Virus record (IMG/VR): IMGVR_UViG_3300043571_000443
Location: 10,187-74,186 of that record
Reading direction: 5' to 3' (one strand)
DNA length: 64,000 nucleotides
Source: a virus
In this document: in pieces, positions 17,347 through 28,079 of the stretch
How positions within the stretch are numbered: the stretch's first letter is position 1
Layout of the letters: each line of letters opens with the position of its first letter
Notes under the pieces: generated by a model
What the model saw: only the letters and a program-made list of their open reading frames with translations
Told to the model about the DNA's origin: nothing
The model's database searches: none
Position numbers and translations under genes: made by a program

Positions 17347-18582
17347 ATGCACATTCTTGTTTTGGCGGATGCTCCGCCGATGCCGGGCCTGACAACAGGC
17401 TTCGGCAGGGTAGCGGCGCACCTATGCCAGGCTCTGGTAGATGGCGGCCACAGCGTTACCCAAGTGGCGATCAACTACCTGCAGAAGGCCCAGCATTCCT
17501 ACCCATGGCGGCTACTTACCACCAAGGCCGCTGATCCCCTTGGCAATGATCAGCTGGTGGGCCTGATCAAGCGGTTCAAGCCCGATGCCGTGGTGGGCTT
17601 CAATGATATCTGGGTATGCAATCGGTGGTTTTCTATCCTATGGGCGACCTGCAAGAACTTGGGCATCACCCAGATCCCATTCTTTGGTTACTTCCCGGTG
17701 GACTGTGCAGGCTATGAAGCCGAGCTAGCCCGGCTATTACCCCACTGGGCTGGGGTGGCCACCTACGCCCCCTTCGGGCTAGAGGTGCTGCGGGCCGCTG
17801 GCTACCAGGGCGACTGCGCCATCATCCCCCATGGCATCGAGCCACCCCTCCAGCCTAGCCGTAGCCTATTGCCAGAGCCACTTAAAGACGCCTGGGTTGT
17901 ACTGAGGACAGACATCAACCGCCCCCGCAAGCGCTATGACCTAGCCATTCAAGCCTTCTGTGAATTTGCCCAGGGCAAGCCATTGCCGCCAGAACCGGGT
18001 GCCCCCATCCTCTGGCTACACTGCGCCGACTATGGTGATGACCTGCCTGTACGGGAGTACTATGAACGCACCCTAGCCAGGACCGGCTATGCGTTCGAGC
18101 AACGGCCATTACTGCGCAGCCATACTGCTGGCGATAACCATCATCCCTTCTGCAGTGATGCCGACCTAGCGGCCATCTATGCCAGTGCTAACTGCTACCT
18201 GCAGACCAGCGATGCCGAGGGCTGGGGCCTATGCCCGGTCGAGGCTAGCCAGTACGGCGCAACCGTCATTCTAGGCAACCACTCGGTCCACGCTGACCTA
18301 TGGCCAGGGCGAGCACTTATGGTGGATCCAATTGACTCGCGCTCAGAAACCTTTGGGCTGCTGCAGATTGACAAGGCTGGTCAGGTGCGCCAGGTTAGGA
18401 CAGCGCTGGACTATCCGGTTGTCTCCAGCCATGACTACGCCAGGGCCCTAGAGCAGGCCTACAGCAACCCCGATCTATGTCAGCAATATCAGCAACAGGC
18501 CCGGGAGCATTGGCAGTCTAGCTCGTTCCAGTGGCCAGTGATTGAGCAACAATTTAGGGATTGGATCGACGGGGCACCCTAA
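17347..18582 (+). CDS. Glycosyltransferase (GT-B / GT4-like)
   Basis: TGFGRV, IIPHGI, RPRKR and EGWGLCPVEA motifs. Confidence 0.85.
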   Translation: MHILVLADAPPMPGLTTGFGRVAAHLCQALVDGGHSVTQVAINYLQKAQHSYPWRLLTTKAADPLGNDQLVGLIKRFKPDAVVGFNDIWVCNRWFSILWATCKNLGITQIPFFGYFPVDCAGYEAELARLLPHWAGVATYAPFGLEVLRAAGYQGDCAIIPHGIEPPLQPSRSLLPEPLKDAWVVLRTDINRPRKRYDLAIQAFCEFAQGKPLPPEPGAPILWLHCADYGDDLPVREYYERTLARTGYAFEQRPLLRSHTAGDNHHPFCSDADLAAIYASANCYLQTSDAEGWGLCPVEASQYGATVILGNHSVHADLWPGRALMVDPIDSRSETFGLLQIDKAGQVRQVRTALDYPVVSSHDYARALEQAYSNPDLCQQYQQQAREHWQSSSFQWPVIEQQFRDWIDGAP

Positions 18583-18604
18583 AGTCGTTGCATTGTTCAC
18601 CGCC

Positions 18605-19000
18605 ATGGCCCTCACCGCTGACGACCTTAACCGCATTGTCAAGTATCGCGCCTTTAGCCTAGGTGACGAAGCTGGAGGGCCGCTAACCTGGCAAAGCGTC
18701 ATGCAGTTAGTACAAAACCAGATCAACTTTGTCAATGCCCAAGATACTAAGTTCGGCACTGACGTTGCTGGCTTGATCCAGGCTGACCTGGACCAGATGG
18801 ATGCTGACGATGCCGCCCAGACCGCAGCAGCCGGCCAAGCAGGCCTAAAGCGAGTGGATGTGATTGAGTATTTTCAAAGTGGATCCACCGTTGGCTACAG
18901 CGCCAATATTGAACGACTGCGGCTGCGGGTAGCGGCCATGCTCAGCCAGACCTACTCGCCGATGATGGCCGCTGGCACATCTGAACTAGGCCGGGGGTAG
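18605..19000 (+). CDS. Head-associated protein (possible adaptor)
   Basis: Position in the head operon; own late motif at 18572. Confidence 0.5.
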   Translation: MALTADDLNRIVKYRAFSLGDEAGGPLTWQSVMQLVQNQINFVNAQDTKFGTDVAGLIQADLDQMDADDAAQTAAAGQAGLKRVDVIEYFQSGSTVGYSANIERLRLRVAAMLSQTYSPMMAAGTSELGRG

Positions 19001-19052
19001 GGCTGGGCACCCTATTTTATGACCGGCGTGAAGCCAATATGCGTGATGCACC

Positions 19053-19787
19053 ATGATTGACGAACAACAACAACCGACCCCTGACGCACCCCAGGCGACT
19101 CCCCCTAATCCGCCAGCCAATAGCAGTCAGGATCCAAACAGCGAGACCGCCTATGCTACTTTGCAAAAGGAGCGGGAGGCCCGCAAGGAACTAGAGAAGA
19201 AAGCCAAGCAGCTTGAAACCCAACTGCAAGCCTTCAGCGGCATCGACCCTGGCAAGTACAAAGAAGCCATGGAGATCGCCGCTAAGCAGGCTGAGTGGGA
19301 ACAACAACAGGCTGAACTACGGGCCCAGTTTGAGGCAGATGCCCAGGCCAAGTATGAGCCAGTGCTAGAGCAACAACGCCAGCAACTGGCAGCCGCCCAG
19401 CAGTCCTTGCTGGACTTTCAGCGAGATACGGCCCTGGAGCAGGCGTTTTATGCCGCCGAAGGATTCCCGGGTGAATTTGAGCCTGCAGCATTAGCGCTGC
19501 GGGGCCGAGTGCGGGTGTCGGCCAATGGGCTGGAGGTGTTAGAGCCGGACGGCAAGACACCCGCCTATGTGGCCGACAAGGGCCAGAGCAGGCCCAAGAC
19601 AGTCGCCGAGTTGATCGACGAACTGAAGGGCACCACATCCTGGTTTGCCCGCCATTTCAAAGGTTCTGACCGGCCAGGCTTTGGTGTACTGGGTAGCCCG
19701 GGCCAGGGCCTGCCCGCCGAGGCGACTGGTAAGGATGTATGGGCTGCGGTGACAGCGCAACGCCAAAAACAATTTGGCGGTAGGTAG
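19053..19787 (+). CDS. Capsid scaffolding protein
   Basis: Coiled coil (LQKEREARKELEKKAK) immediately before the capsid gene. Confidence 0.75.
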   Translation: MIDEQQQPTPDAPQATPPNPPANSSQDPNSETAYATLQKEREARKELEKKAKQLETQLQAFSGIDPGKYKEAMEIAAKQAEWEQQQAELRAQFEADAQAKYEPVLEQQRQQLAAAQQSLLDFQRDTALEQAFYAAEGFPGEFEPAALALRGRVRVSANGLEVLEPDGKTPAYVADKGQSRPKTVAELIDELKGTTSWFARHFKGSDRPGFGVLGSPGQGLPAEATGKDVWAAVTAQRQKQFGGR

Positions 19788-19873
19788 CCTGGGCACACTA
19801 GAACTATCGAGGCGTGATGCCTCATTAGCCTGCGTGATGCAGCACCACCACAAAAGCTTTTGAGGCATACCCC

Positions 19874-20815
19874 ATGGCATTAACATTAATCGAAGCAAGC
19901 AAGCTGACCCAAGACCCGGTTACCCGGGCAGTCATCAATGAATTTTCTGCAGGCGAGATCCTTGGATCCATTCCTTTTGAAAATGAGGAAGGTTCTGGGG
20001 TTCACTACAACCGGGTGGATCAACTGCCTGGTGTTGGCTTCCGCGCCCTAAACGAAGCCTTTGACGAGTCCACCGGCGTCATCAACCCGCAGTCTGAAGC
20101 ATTCCGGTTCTATGGCGGTGACATGGATGTTGACCGCGCTCTGGTTAACCTGAAGGGCCAACAGGCCCGGGTGGCCCATGAGCAACTGAAGATCGAAGCG
20201 CTGCGCCTTGGCTGGGAGTACCAGTTCATCAAGGGCGACTCCGCTGCTGATCCCCGTGGCTTTGATGGACTGCAAAAGCGGATCACTGGCAGCCAGTTGA
20301 TCAGCAATGCGGATGGCGGTGCAGCACTCAAGCTAACCAAGCTGGATGAACTGCTGAGCCAGGTCAAGTTTACTGGCGGCACCCCGTACCTGATGATGTC
20401 TCGCAAGATGAAGGATCTGCTAACCGCAGCCTCTCGCGATACCACTAAGAGCGGGTTTATCCAGTATGAACAGGATACTTTTGGCCGCAAGCTACCCCAG
20501 TATGGCGGGGTACCTATCCTGACCGATGACATCAGCTCCCCCATCCTGCCCTTTACTGAGGCCAGCCCTGATGGCGCTGTATCGACCTGCACCAGCGTTT
20601 ACTGTGTGGTCTTTGGCCCGCAGATGACCACTGGCATCCAGGGGCGCAATGATACGGCTAGCGGGTTCGGCATCAGCGCTCGGGACTTGGGCGAAGTCCA
20701 GGACAAGCCAGTATTCCGTACTCGGGTGGACTGGAACTGCAGCTTTGCCATCTACAACGGCTACAGCGTAGCCCGGCTGTATGGCATCACCAATGCTGCT
20801 GTAGTGGCCTCCTAG
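19874..20815 (+). CDS. Major capsid protein
   Basis: 313 aa; MALTLIEASKL start, FRALNE, FIKGD...FDGLQKR; position after the scaffold. Confidence 0.85.
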   Translation: MALTLIEASKLTQDPVTRAVINEFSAGEILGSIPFENEEGSGVHYNRVDQLPGVGFRALNEAFDESTGVINPQSEAFRFYGGDMDVDRALVNLKGQQARVAHEQLKIEALRLGWEYQFIKGDSAADPRGFDGLQKRITGSQLISNADGGAALKLTKLDELLSQVKFTGGTPYLMMSRKMKDLLTAASRDTTKSGFIQYEQDTFGRKLPQYGGVPILTDDISSPILPFTEASPDGAVSTCTSVYCVVFGPQMTTGIQGRNDTASGFGISARDLGEVQDKPVFRTRVDWNCSFAIYNGYSVARLYGITNAAVVAS

Positions 20816-20856
20816 GCTACACCGATAGTTACTAACCCTTACTGGACCTAACGACC

Positions 20857-21312
20857 ATGCCTAACCTATCTGGGGCTAACCCCTCTCTGACTACGCCTAA
20901 CCTCAAGGTGCGGCGCCATGACCCAATTGACGAAAGCCTGAAGCTAGCCGCCTTCTCTGGCATCAGCGCTAGCAATACCGCTAGCACCGGCATCGCCCTT
21001 AAGGCCGAGAAGATCGGCCCATACCTGGCGGTGGTTTGCTACAACGGCCACGAAGCTGATGGATCCAAGTATTGGACCGTCAATGTGACCGGTGCGGATA
21101 ACTCCAGCTTCACCAACGAAGTGGCCCTGGGCAGTATTAAGTTACTGTCTGGTAGCAGTGCTCGTAAAGAGTACCTGGCGCTTGATGGTGCGGCTGTTGC
21201 TAGCCTGATGGCAGCCGCTGGCGAAGGGGAAGCGGTCTATGTGCGGGCTACCGCCACCAAGACCAGCACCCCCGGCAACCTGACCGGCCAGGTTTACCTG
21301 ACCTCTGACTAG
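20857..21312 (+). CDS. Capsid decoration / cement protein (putative)
   Basis: Small beta-rich protein following the capsid gene, before a terminator. Confidence 0.55.
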   Translation: MPNLSGANPSLTTPNLKVRRHDPIDESLKLAAFSGISASNTASTGIALKAEKIGPYLAVVCYNGHEADGSKYWTVNVTGADNSSFTNEVALGSIKLLSGSSARKEYLALDGAAVASLMAAAGEGEAVYVRATATKTSTPGNLTGQVYLTSD

Positions 21313-21346
21313 CGTCTGTTAAGTTTCTCCTCCGTGGTTCTCCCTC

Positions 21347-21371
21347 GCCCCGGCTTAGGCTGGGGTTTTTT
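21347..21371 (+). terminator. Intrinsic terminator of the head operon
   Basis: CCCCGGC-TTAG-GCTGGGG followed by TTTTTT. Confidence 0.75.
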
Positions 21372-21372
21372 C

Positions 21373-22686
21373 TTACCGCTTAAACCGCACCTCTACCACC
21401 TCATTCCCTTGAATGATCACCCGCTCCACCAGTTCAGCATAGAGCTGTCGGCGCTCGGGCGCTTCCAATGTGCTCCAGTCCATCGTGGCTGCATCAATGG
21501 CCTGTTGCTGTAGCCGCTGGCTGCTGGCTAGCACCTGACCCTGGCTGCTACGCCTGGCCAGAATGTCGGCCTCGATAGCCGCTATCTCTTCAGCAATGGC
21601 GGAGCGGTGCGCCAGAGGCTTCAGGGCGGCTAGTTCTTGCTCTAGGGCAGCAATGGTAGGGTCAAAGGCTGTGTCGGCCTGCAGGCCATAGGCGATGGCC
21701 TCAGCATGATCGATCAAGGCCTCCTGGATAGCGGCTTCGATCATGTCCTGGCGACAGGAACGGGTCTGGGGGCACCGTGGCCGGGTAGGGTATCCTCCGC
21801 CATTGGCAGCACAGATAAAGTACCGGTTTTTTCCGCGAGAGTTGGGGCGGCACCGACAACCACAACTGCAGGACACAATCGGCGGCACCGCATGGATCCG
21901 GCCTTGGTTGTTGCCCCTCAGCTGACGGTTTAGGTCAATCCAGTACTCGATACGCTTGTACTCATCCTCGCTGATCAAGGCTGGGTGAGCATTGTAGCGC
22001 CATTCGTTAGTTTTGCGATAGTGCAGGTGACCGCGTAGGGTAGGGTTCTTTAGCCACGCCCGCCAGACTGTCCTGTTTCGACCAATGCCGTAGCGGTCTT
22101 GCATTAGATGGGTGAGCTGTAGCAGGTTGCCATGCTCCAGGTAGTAGCTAATGGCCTCCCTGGCCTTTTCCCAGTCTGGCCCCGGCTCGTAGCAGCTATT
22201 GTCAGCAGATCGTTGGTAGCCAAAAGGAGGTAGGCCACCCATCGGCCTGCCCTGTCGGCGTAGCTGCACGTTAGCCCGCTTCAGCCGTGCCGATAGCTCT
22301 TCAGAGTAGTAGTGGGCCATTAGCGACTTAACGCCGGTTGTAAGCAGCCCTGAGGCGGTCTGGAGTGTTATTTCCTGGCCGGTGGTAAGTTCTTTGACAA
22401 TGACGCCAGCGGTCTCTAGCTGGGCCAAGCTTTCCATCGCCCAGACGGTATCTCTTGCCCAGCGAGTCCATTCCACCACCCAGACGGTTACCTGGTGCCG
22501 GTGCTGGCGTAGTTCAAGCGCCCGGTCAACTAGGCGTAGAAACTCGGGCCGGTCCCGACGGCGGCCAGACAATGACTCGGTAAATAGTTCGTCAAACTCT
22601 ACCTGTTGTTGAAATTGCTGGATCTGCAGGTCCAGGTTTTGGTCCTTGCTGCTGACCCGGCCATAGCATAGTTGATAGTGCGCCAT
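21373..22686 (-). CDS. Large serine recombinase / integrase
   Basis: YGRVSS catalytic motif, PPFGY recombinase domain, Zn-ribbon CSCG...C...C, coiled coil. Confidence 0.9.
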   Translation of the reverse strand: MAHYQLCYGRVSSKDQNLDLQIQQFQQQVEFDELFTESLSGRRRDRPEFLRLVDRALELRQHRHQVTVWVVEWTRWARDTVWAMESLAQLETAGVIVKELTTGQEITLQTASGLLTTGVKSLMAHYYSEELSARLKRANVQLRRQGRPMGGLPPFGYQRSADNSCYEPGPDWEKAREAISYYLEHGNLLQLTHLMQDRYGIGRNRTVWRAWLKNPTLRGHLHYRKTNEWRYNAHPALISEDEYKRIEYWIDLNRQLRGNNQGRIHAVPPIVSCSCGCRCRPNSRGKNRYFICAANGGGYPTRPRCPQTRSCRQDMIEAAIQEALIDHAEAIAYGLQADTAFDPTIAALEQELAALKPLAHRSAIAEEIAAIEADILARRSSQGQVLASSQRLQQQAIDAATMDWSTLEAPERRQLYAELVERVIIQGNEVVEVRFKR

Positions 22687-22738
22687 GGGTTACGCCCTCC
22701 CCCACGACTAGCCTACTATGGCGCTACCAGCTAGGGGT

Positions 22739-22774
22739 GCCATGGCATAACACGCTTGCAGGATGTGTCATGGC
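22739..22774. other. Candidate att site
   Basis: Imperfect inverted repeat GCCATG...ACAC-N11-GTGT-CATGGC just upstream of the integrase. Confidence 0.3.
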
Positions 22775-22790
22775 GGTACTGGGGTGGGGG

Positions 22791-23885
22791 TCAAGCTGAT
22801 CGCTCGATTACAGCAGATGTCCGCCAATAGTAACTTACCTGAGGATCCGCGCCTAGCGTCGTCAACGTCAAGGTGTTTGACTCTGTGTCTATAATTCCGA
22901 ACCGGTTGCCGCCATCCTTAAGATATGGAATGCAGTAGATCTTTGTACCTACAACAGCAGATGTCCGCCAATAGTAACTTACCTGAGGATCCGCGCCTAG
23001 CGTCGTCAACGTCAAGGTGTTTGACTCTGTGTCTATAATTCCGAACCGGTTGCCGCCATCCTTAAGATATGGAATGCAGTAGATCTTTGTACCTACAACA
23101 GCGGACGTTAACCAGCGATACTGTATTTCCGGATCAGCTCCTAAGTCTACTAACTCTAGCGTGTCTGACTCGGTATCTAGAATACCAAACCGATTACCTG
23201 CTATTGGGCCAAGCGAAGGATCGCCTACACTGCTAAAAGGAATGGAATAAATTTTCATTCCTACGATAGCAGATGTATTCCATGAATATATTATATTAGG
23301 ATCAAGGCCTAATCTTGTTAACATCAATGTGTTTGACTGCACATTTATAATACCAAAATGATTACTTCCAATTAGCGCTACAGATGGAATGCAATAAATC
23401 TTTGTGCCTACACTAATACATGAAGACCAATTGTAAGTTACCTGAATATTCGCAGTTAGCGTGGTTAAGGTTAACAGATCTAATGCCGTGTCTATAATCC
23501 CAAACTGGGTTGTTCCACTTGTGCCAAAAGACGGAATGCAATAAACGCTTGTGCCTACAACAACAGATGCAAACCAGTTATAACTAACCTGAGAATTAAC
23601 ATTTAGTGTAGTCAATGTTAATGAGTTTGATCCTGCATTTATAATCCCGAATTGATTATTTCCGCTTGTGGCGACAGATGGGACACAATATATCTTTGAC
23701 CCTACGACAGCAGATGTAGCCCACTGATAATCAATTTGCGTATCAACTCCTAATGTTTTTAGGCCCAAGACATTTGATTGTGCATTGATAAGACCAAACT
23801 GATTCCCTCCAGAGCCTTCAAAAGGAATGCAATAAATATCGAATTTCTCCCCCCCAAACCATACCCAGCCTAGCTGCCTACCCAT
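22791..23885 (-). CDS. Beta-propeller (kelch-like) repeat protein, probable tail or receptor-binding component
   Basis: About seven repeats of VGTKIYCIP...FGII; visibly AT-richer than its neighbours. Confidence 0.7.
   Translation of the reverse strand: MGRQLGWVWFGGEKFDIYCIPFEGSGGNQFGLINAQSNVLGLKTLGVDTQIDYQWATSAVVGSKIYCVPSVATSGNNQFGIINAGSNSLTLTTLNVNSQVSYNWFASVVVGTSVYCIPSFGTSGTTQFGIIDTALDLLTLTTLTANIQVTYNWSSCISVGTKIYCIPSVALIGSNHFGIINVQSNTLMLTRLGLDPNIIYSWNTSAIVGMKIYSIPFSSVGDPSLGPIAGNRFGILDTESDTLELVDLGADPEIQYRWLTSAVVGTKIYCIPYLKDGGNRFGIIDTESNTLTLTTLGADPQVSYYWRTSAVVGTKIYCIPYLKDGGNRFGIIDTESNTLTLTTLGADPQVSYYWRTSAVIERSA
22811..23098. repeat. Exact 144-bp tandem duplication
   Basis: 22811-22954 equals 22955-23098 (one 48-aa blade). 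Confidence 0.85.
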
Positions 23886-23887
23886 CC

Positions 23888-24763
23888 CTACTCCTCCTCC
23901 ATGGCCAGGTCAAAGGCTGCTGACTGAAACTGCACCGTAAACGACAGCAGTTCAGGCCCGACGGTAACGCCGGTCAAGCCTAGCTTTAGCAAGCTCTTGG
24001 CCTCTAAAATCGTGGTGCCTAGGGTTACTGGCTGGTTCTGACCATTGGCGGTATCGACTAACAGCGTAGCCGTGATGGTGCGGTTTACCTGCTGGTTATT
24101 TTGGGTGACCGTCCAAGCTAATGTACTAGCCCCAGCGCCTTGGGTCACACTAGCCACAACGACTGGATCCGCATTGACCCGCAAGTGCAGCGCCATGATC
24201 TTACGCGGCTCATCGTTGTAGGTGATCAACGGGTATTGCTTAACTGCTGGCGTTTCAATGCCGCCGCTCAGCGAGTCCAGGCCAGAGGCGACCGGGATCC
24301 ACTTGCCGCCTGTGTTAGCGCCTGACTGCTGCCAGTAGTACAGCGTCATGGTGTCGCGGTCTAGGTAGCGGTCAAACAAGTACCTAGCCGCCAGAGGTGT
24401 CTCGCCCTGGCTTTGGGTGTTGGGGTCGCCTTGCCATGCCTGGAAGCCTCGCTCCTCAGCGACCTGGGCTAGGCGTTCCCGTAGGTCGCGGATAGCCTGG
24501 GCATCGCCGCCAAAGCTGGCAGGCATACCACCAACTAGGCCATTGTTAGCTGGTACAGCCTGGCCGACCGGCACCCCGCCAGAGGTGACCGTTCCCTTGG
24601 GGCGGTAGCTACCGGCTGCGCCAACGGTGCGATAGTTGCCGCCACCGTCATAGATGGCTGTGCGCTGGGCCTGGTCAGCACTGGCCGACTGGCTAGCCTG
24701 CTGGCCCTCTAGGCGTTGTTGTTGGCTGTTCAGCACCCGGCTGGTGATGGGTTGGGTTGCCAT
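23888..24763 (-). CDS. Tail protein (putative)
   Basis: Position in the tail operon; beta-rich C-terminus. Confidence 0.55.
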   Translation of the reverse strand: MATQPITSRVLNSQQQRLEGQQASQSASADQAQRTAIYDGGGNYRTVGAAGSYRPKGTVTSGGVPVGQAVPANNGLVGGMPASFGGDAQAIRDLRERLAQVAEERGFQAWQGDPNTQSQGETPLAARYLFDRYLDRDTMTLYYWQQSGANTGGKWIPVASGLDSLSGGIETPAVKQYPLITYNDEPRKIMALHLRVNADPVVVASVTQGAGASTLAWTVTQNNQQVNRTITATLLVDTANGQNQPVTLGTTILEAKSLLKLGLTGVTVGPELLSFTVQFQSAAFDLAMEEE

Positions 24764-24780
24764 GGCTAGTCAGGATAAGG

Positions 24781-25461
24781 TTAGCTAGTCGGTAATTCCG
24801 CCGTTGGGGCCGTAAAGTTTGCGGTGTATCGGGCAACACCTTTTGTTACCCTAAAATCGTCTATCCATGCGCCTCCAGAGGCTATAAGAGTATTAGCCTG
24901 GATCACGAATGGGTTATTGTTAATATTCCAGCTTGTGCTATTTGATGCAGACCCCAATGCGACGCCATTCTGAAAAACTCTCATGGTAGTGCCTTGCCTT
25001 GTTAAGGCAATGTGCGCCCAAGTATTAGCGCCAGCAGGCGTCCAGCTAAATTCAACTTCCCATGCTACGTTTTCCAAAAGTACGCCGATCCTTCTTCCAC
25101 TAGATATTCTGCTCCCAAAAGCAAACACGTTGCCGGTCTTGCCGAAGCAAAACCTAAAATCAGAGGCAAGGGTTCCGCTATACCTAAGCCAAAACTCTAT
25201 GGTAAAGTCCCCTGTACCCCAGTCAAACGCAGCATTGTAAGGGGTCTCAATCGCTCCGCCCGAGATGGATCCATTGCCATACCTAAACTGAGCTGTGGTA
25301 ATTACAGGGCTGCCGCTAGAAACTGTCACGGTTCTATTGGCCGGCCCAGAATCCACAAAAGTAGTACTATTATTCGTGCCGTTGCCAAGCAAAAGCAACG
25401 AAACATTGTTGTAGAATGGATCCCTTTCACCCCCAAGCAACCCGACAGGAAACGTAAACAT
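24781..25461 (-). CDS. LamG / concanavalin-like tail fibre protein
   Basis: DFTIEFW, WAHIALTR and IDDFRVTKGVARYTANF motifs. Confidence 0.85.
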   Translation of the reverse strand: MFTFPVGLLGGERDPFYNNVSLLLLGNGTNNSTTFVDSGPANRTVTVSSGSPVITTAQFRYGNGSISGGAIETPYNAAFDWGTGDFTIEFWLRYSGTLASDFRFCFGKTGNVFAFGSRISSGRRIGVLLENVAWEVEFSWTPAGANTWAHIALTRQGTTMRVFQNGVALGSASNSTSWNINNNPFVIQANTLIASGGAWIDDFRVTKGVARYTANFTAPTAELPTS

Positions 25462-26942
25462 TACTTGAGATCCTTCATCAGGTTACACAATAAAACGGAT
25501 CCATTGTAAACACAGCTTAAAACGTCAACCGCATTGGCGGTAGTCGTCAAGGCTGGGGCAGTCCCGCCAGGGAATTTGAATGCTGAGTTATAAGCCAACG
25601 TCCTAGATCCTGTACCATCTTGGGTAACAATCCATAGGTAAGTGCCCCCTGATCCTAAGTTAGTTGGAGCGCCTAACGTTCTATTGCCGCCTAGCGTGAC
25701 TGTAAAAACATTCCCTTGGCTGGCATCTGTGGCGATAGTGGCTGCATCTGTCAGGCTAACCGGAGCAACGACCTGAGCTGCCGTATAAGACTGGCTTCGG
25801 TTAGTAGCGGCTACGGTGTAAGTTGCGCCGTCGCTTTCAAGCCGCCATTGCAGGCTATTGTTGACGTTGACTAAATCAATCTCGTCTGCACCTGTGCTAG
25901 TAATCCCCGCCTGCTCCGCTAGCACTAACGCCGATGCAGAAGAAACGCTCCCTGACGCCCCTTGAGCCGCTAAGACCTGCCAATAAGTTGCATTGGGTGG
26001 AGTGTTGCCGGTAGTCTGAGCGATGGCTACATAGCTTGTGCCGTCCAGGAATACGCTATCTCTAATCAGATAGGTCGTTGCATTGTTGTAGACTCCTTGA
26101 GGATTAAGGCTAGCCCCCTGTGGCCCGGTAGGCCCCTGCGGCCCCGTCGCTCCTGTTGCCCCAGTGGGACCGGTCGCGCCCTGTGGCCCTGTTGCACCTT
26201 GAGGACCGGCAGGCCCAGTAGCGCCGGTTGCTCCAGTCGCTCCAGTCGGCCCGGCAGGCCCAGTAGCACCAGCCGCCCCAGCCACCCCCCAGGTCAGCGT
26301 CACCCCGCCCGCCAGGGTGCCATTGCTAGCCACATGGGTCACTGCTAGGGTGCGGTCTGTGCCGTTGTCAGTGCTGCTGGTGACGGTGTAGTAAGCAAAG
26401 GCCAATGGATCCGACTCGTCTAGGATCTGGATCGGGCTACCATTGGCGATGGTGCCAAGCAGGCTAGCGATAGCCGCCCCATTGCGGTCCGTCTCGCTGA
26501 CATAAAGCTGGGTGGCACTGGCTGGGCTGGCATTGTTAAGCCGTAGCAGGCCAGCCCCAGGACCGCTGCTGGTGCTAGTGCTGAAGGTATAGCGGATGCC
26601 AAAGGCCCCGGCCCCCGCGTCGCCCCGGGGGATGGTGAAGTCTAGCACCGCCGCTGATGTGGTGCCGCTGTTGGTGACTGTGGCATTGCTGCCAGCGCTG
26701 CCAGTCGTGATCGCCCCAATGCTCACCGTTGCCGCCTGGCCGTCGGCGGCACTGCCCGACATTAGCGCCCCTGCAGTAGTGCCCGTAGTGCGGTACAGCT
26801 TACCTGCATTGGGTGCCGTCAAGCATTGCACCAGGATACCTGCCTCAGTTGGCACATAGCTAGACGGATCGCCGGTGAAAGTCACCACTTTCGAGCTATG
26901 GAGCTGGGCCCCAGTCAGGGTATTATGTTCAACCTCTGGCAT
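25461..26942 (-). CDS. Collagen-like tail fibre protein
   Basis: Gly-X-Y run ([13 protein letters not shown]...); C-terminal QDGTGSRTL fibre domain. Confidence 0.85.
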   Translation of the reverse strand: MPEVEHNTLTGAQLHSSKVVTFTGDPSSYVPTEAGILVQCLTAPNAGKLYRTTGTTAGALMSGSAADGQAATVSIGAITTGSAGSNATVTNSGTTSAAVLDFTIPRGDAGAGAFGIRYTFSTSTSSGPGAGLLRLNNASPASATQLYVSETDRNGAAIASLLGTIANGSPIQILDESDPLAFAYYTVTSSTDNGTDRTLAVTHVASNGTLAGGVTLTWGVAGAAGATGPAGPTGATGATGATGPAGPQGATGPQGATGPTGATGATGPQGPTGPQGASLNPQGVYNNATTYLIRDSVFLDGTSYVAIAQTTGNTPPNATYWQVLAAQGASGSVSSASALVLAEQAGITSTGADEIDLVNVNNSLQWRLESDGATYTVAATNRSQSYTAAQVVAPVSLTDAATIATDASQGNVFTVTLGGNRTLGAPTNLGSGGTYLWIVTQDGTGSRTLAYNSAFKFPGGTAPALTTTANAVDVLSCVYNGSVLLCNLMKDLK

Positions 26943-26954
26943 ATCAGTCCCCGT

Positions 26955-27140
26955 TTATGCCTTAGTGTTCCCACTACTACGCCTGCGCTCTGGATCCCAG
27001 ATGATCGTACAGTCCTTGAGTGCGTAGTTATACCACGCGCCATCCGGGCCATGGATGATCAGCCGCTGTCCCTGGATCTGGGCAAGGCCCCGTACAGCCG
27101 TGCCATCGGTCTTGGTGACAATTGCCTGTCTTGGTACCAT
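26955..27140 (-). CDS. Hypothetical protein
   Basis: Coupled to the endolysin stop codon. Confidence 0.45.
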   Translation of the reverse strand: MVPRQAIVTKTDGTAVRGLAQIQGQRLIIHGPDGAWYNYALKDCTIIWDPERRRSSGNTKA

Positions 27141-27893
27141 TTAGTTCACCCCTGGATAGGTCCATCGAGCCCGGTAGCCCCGGCCATCAATATGCACAAA
27201 CCCCTGGCCCCGGGCTAGCCCACCTCGACTAGCCCACCATGGATCCAAACGATTATACACATTCACCAACGATACACCAGGGATGTGAAAGTCCACCGCA
27301 TCGCCGACCATGTGCCGACTCTGACTGGCACCGCCTATCCTGCGGTTAGTCACTGGATCCCGGTACCAGGAGTTAACCACGACTGGTGCGCCGCCGAATA
27401 GGCCACGCACATTCTGCATTACCTCAGCGATCTTGATAATTTTGTAGACCACATCCGGGTTAGCAGGTTGCCGGTAGCTGCCAGCGCTGTCCACATGGAG
27501 CGCTTCACCCCAGGTAAAGCTCTGGCTTTTTAGGCCAATTGAGTCGGTGCTGTAGTAGTTGCCATTGAACCCTGGCAGGACGATGCCATAGCCTTTGGCG
27601 GTATCGCTGGGGGTATCCTTGGGGTCATTGTCAGCGCCATGGCCTTGGGGGTCCAGGCAATGCTGAGCATAGATCCACCAGGTATTTTTGCGAGATGGGT
27701 GCAGGGTGGCCAGGTTAAAGCCGGTGGCATCGACCGTAAAGCAGATATGGCCATGCTCATGGCGATAGGCCAGGATCGGGATCACGGTGCCTTTTAGCAC
27801 CTTGGGAATTTCGTCAGCCTCGAAGCTAGCCGCTGGCTCAGGCAACGGCTTCAGGTAGGTATCGACGGTAATGGTAAGGGTGGGGCGTTCCAT
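27141..27893 (-). CDS. Endolysin, peptidase M15A family
   Basis: NSWYR...NRRIGGASQSRHMVGDAVD...FVHID Zn-peptidase motifs. Confidence 0.85.
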   Translation of the reverse strand: MERPTLTITVDTYLKPLPEPAASFEADEIPKVLKGTVIPILAYRHEHGHICFTVDATGFNLATLHPSRKNTWWIYAQHCLDPQGHGADNDPKDTPSDTAKGYGIVLPGFNGNYYSTDSIGLKSQSFTWGEALHVDSAGSYRQPANPDVVYKIIKIAEVMQNVRGLFGGAPVVVNSWYRDPVTNRRIGGASQSRHMVGDAVDFHIPGVSLVNVYNRLDPWWASRGGLARGQGFVHIDGRGYRARWTYPGVN

Positions 27894-28006
27894 AGGTTCT
27901 CCTGGGTGATATAACCTCGACGGCCACTACCAGAACGCCTACGGCCTGCATCCTGGATCCAAACGGCAGCAATGACGATAGTTAGTAGCAGGGCGATAGT
28001 ACGCAT
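27851..28006 (-). CDS. Small TM peptide upstream of the endolysin (holin-like?)
   Basis: Manual translation MRTIALLLTIVIAAVWIQDAGRRR...; follows the late motif at 28030-28039. Confidence 0.35.
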   Translation of the reverse strand: MRTIALLLTIVIAAVWIQDAGRRRSGSGRRGYITQENLWNAPPLPLPSIPT

Positions 28007-28079
28007 GACTGGACCGGGCTAGCTAGCTATAGGGTGCCCAGCCGGTTGACAGCCACTAGCCTACGGTTTATAGTTGGGT

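Noticed and set aside
26110-26290. GC-rich 9/18-bp tandem repeats
   Set aside because: Ordinary collagen Gly-X-Y coding.
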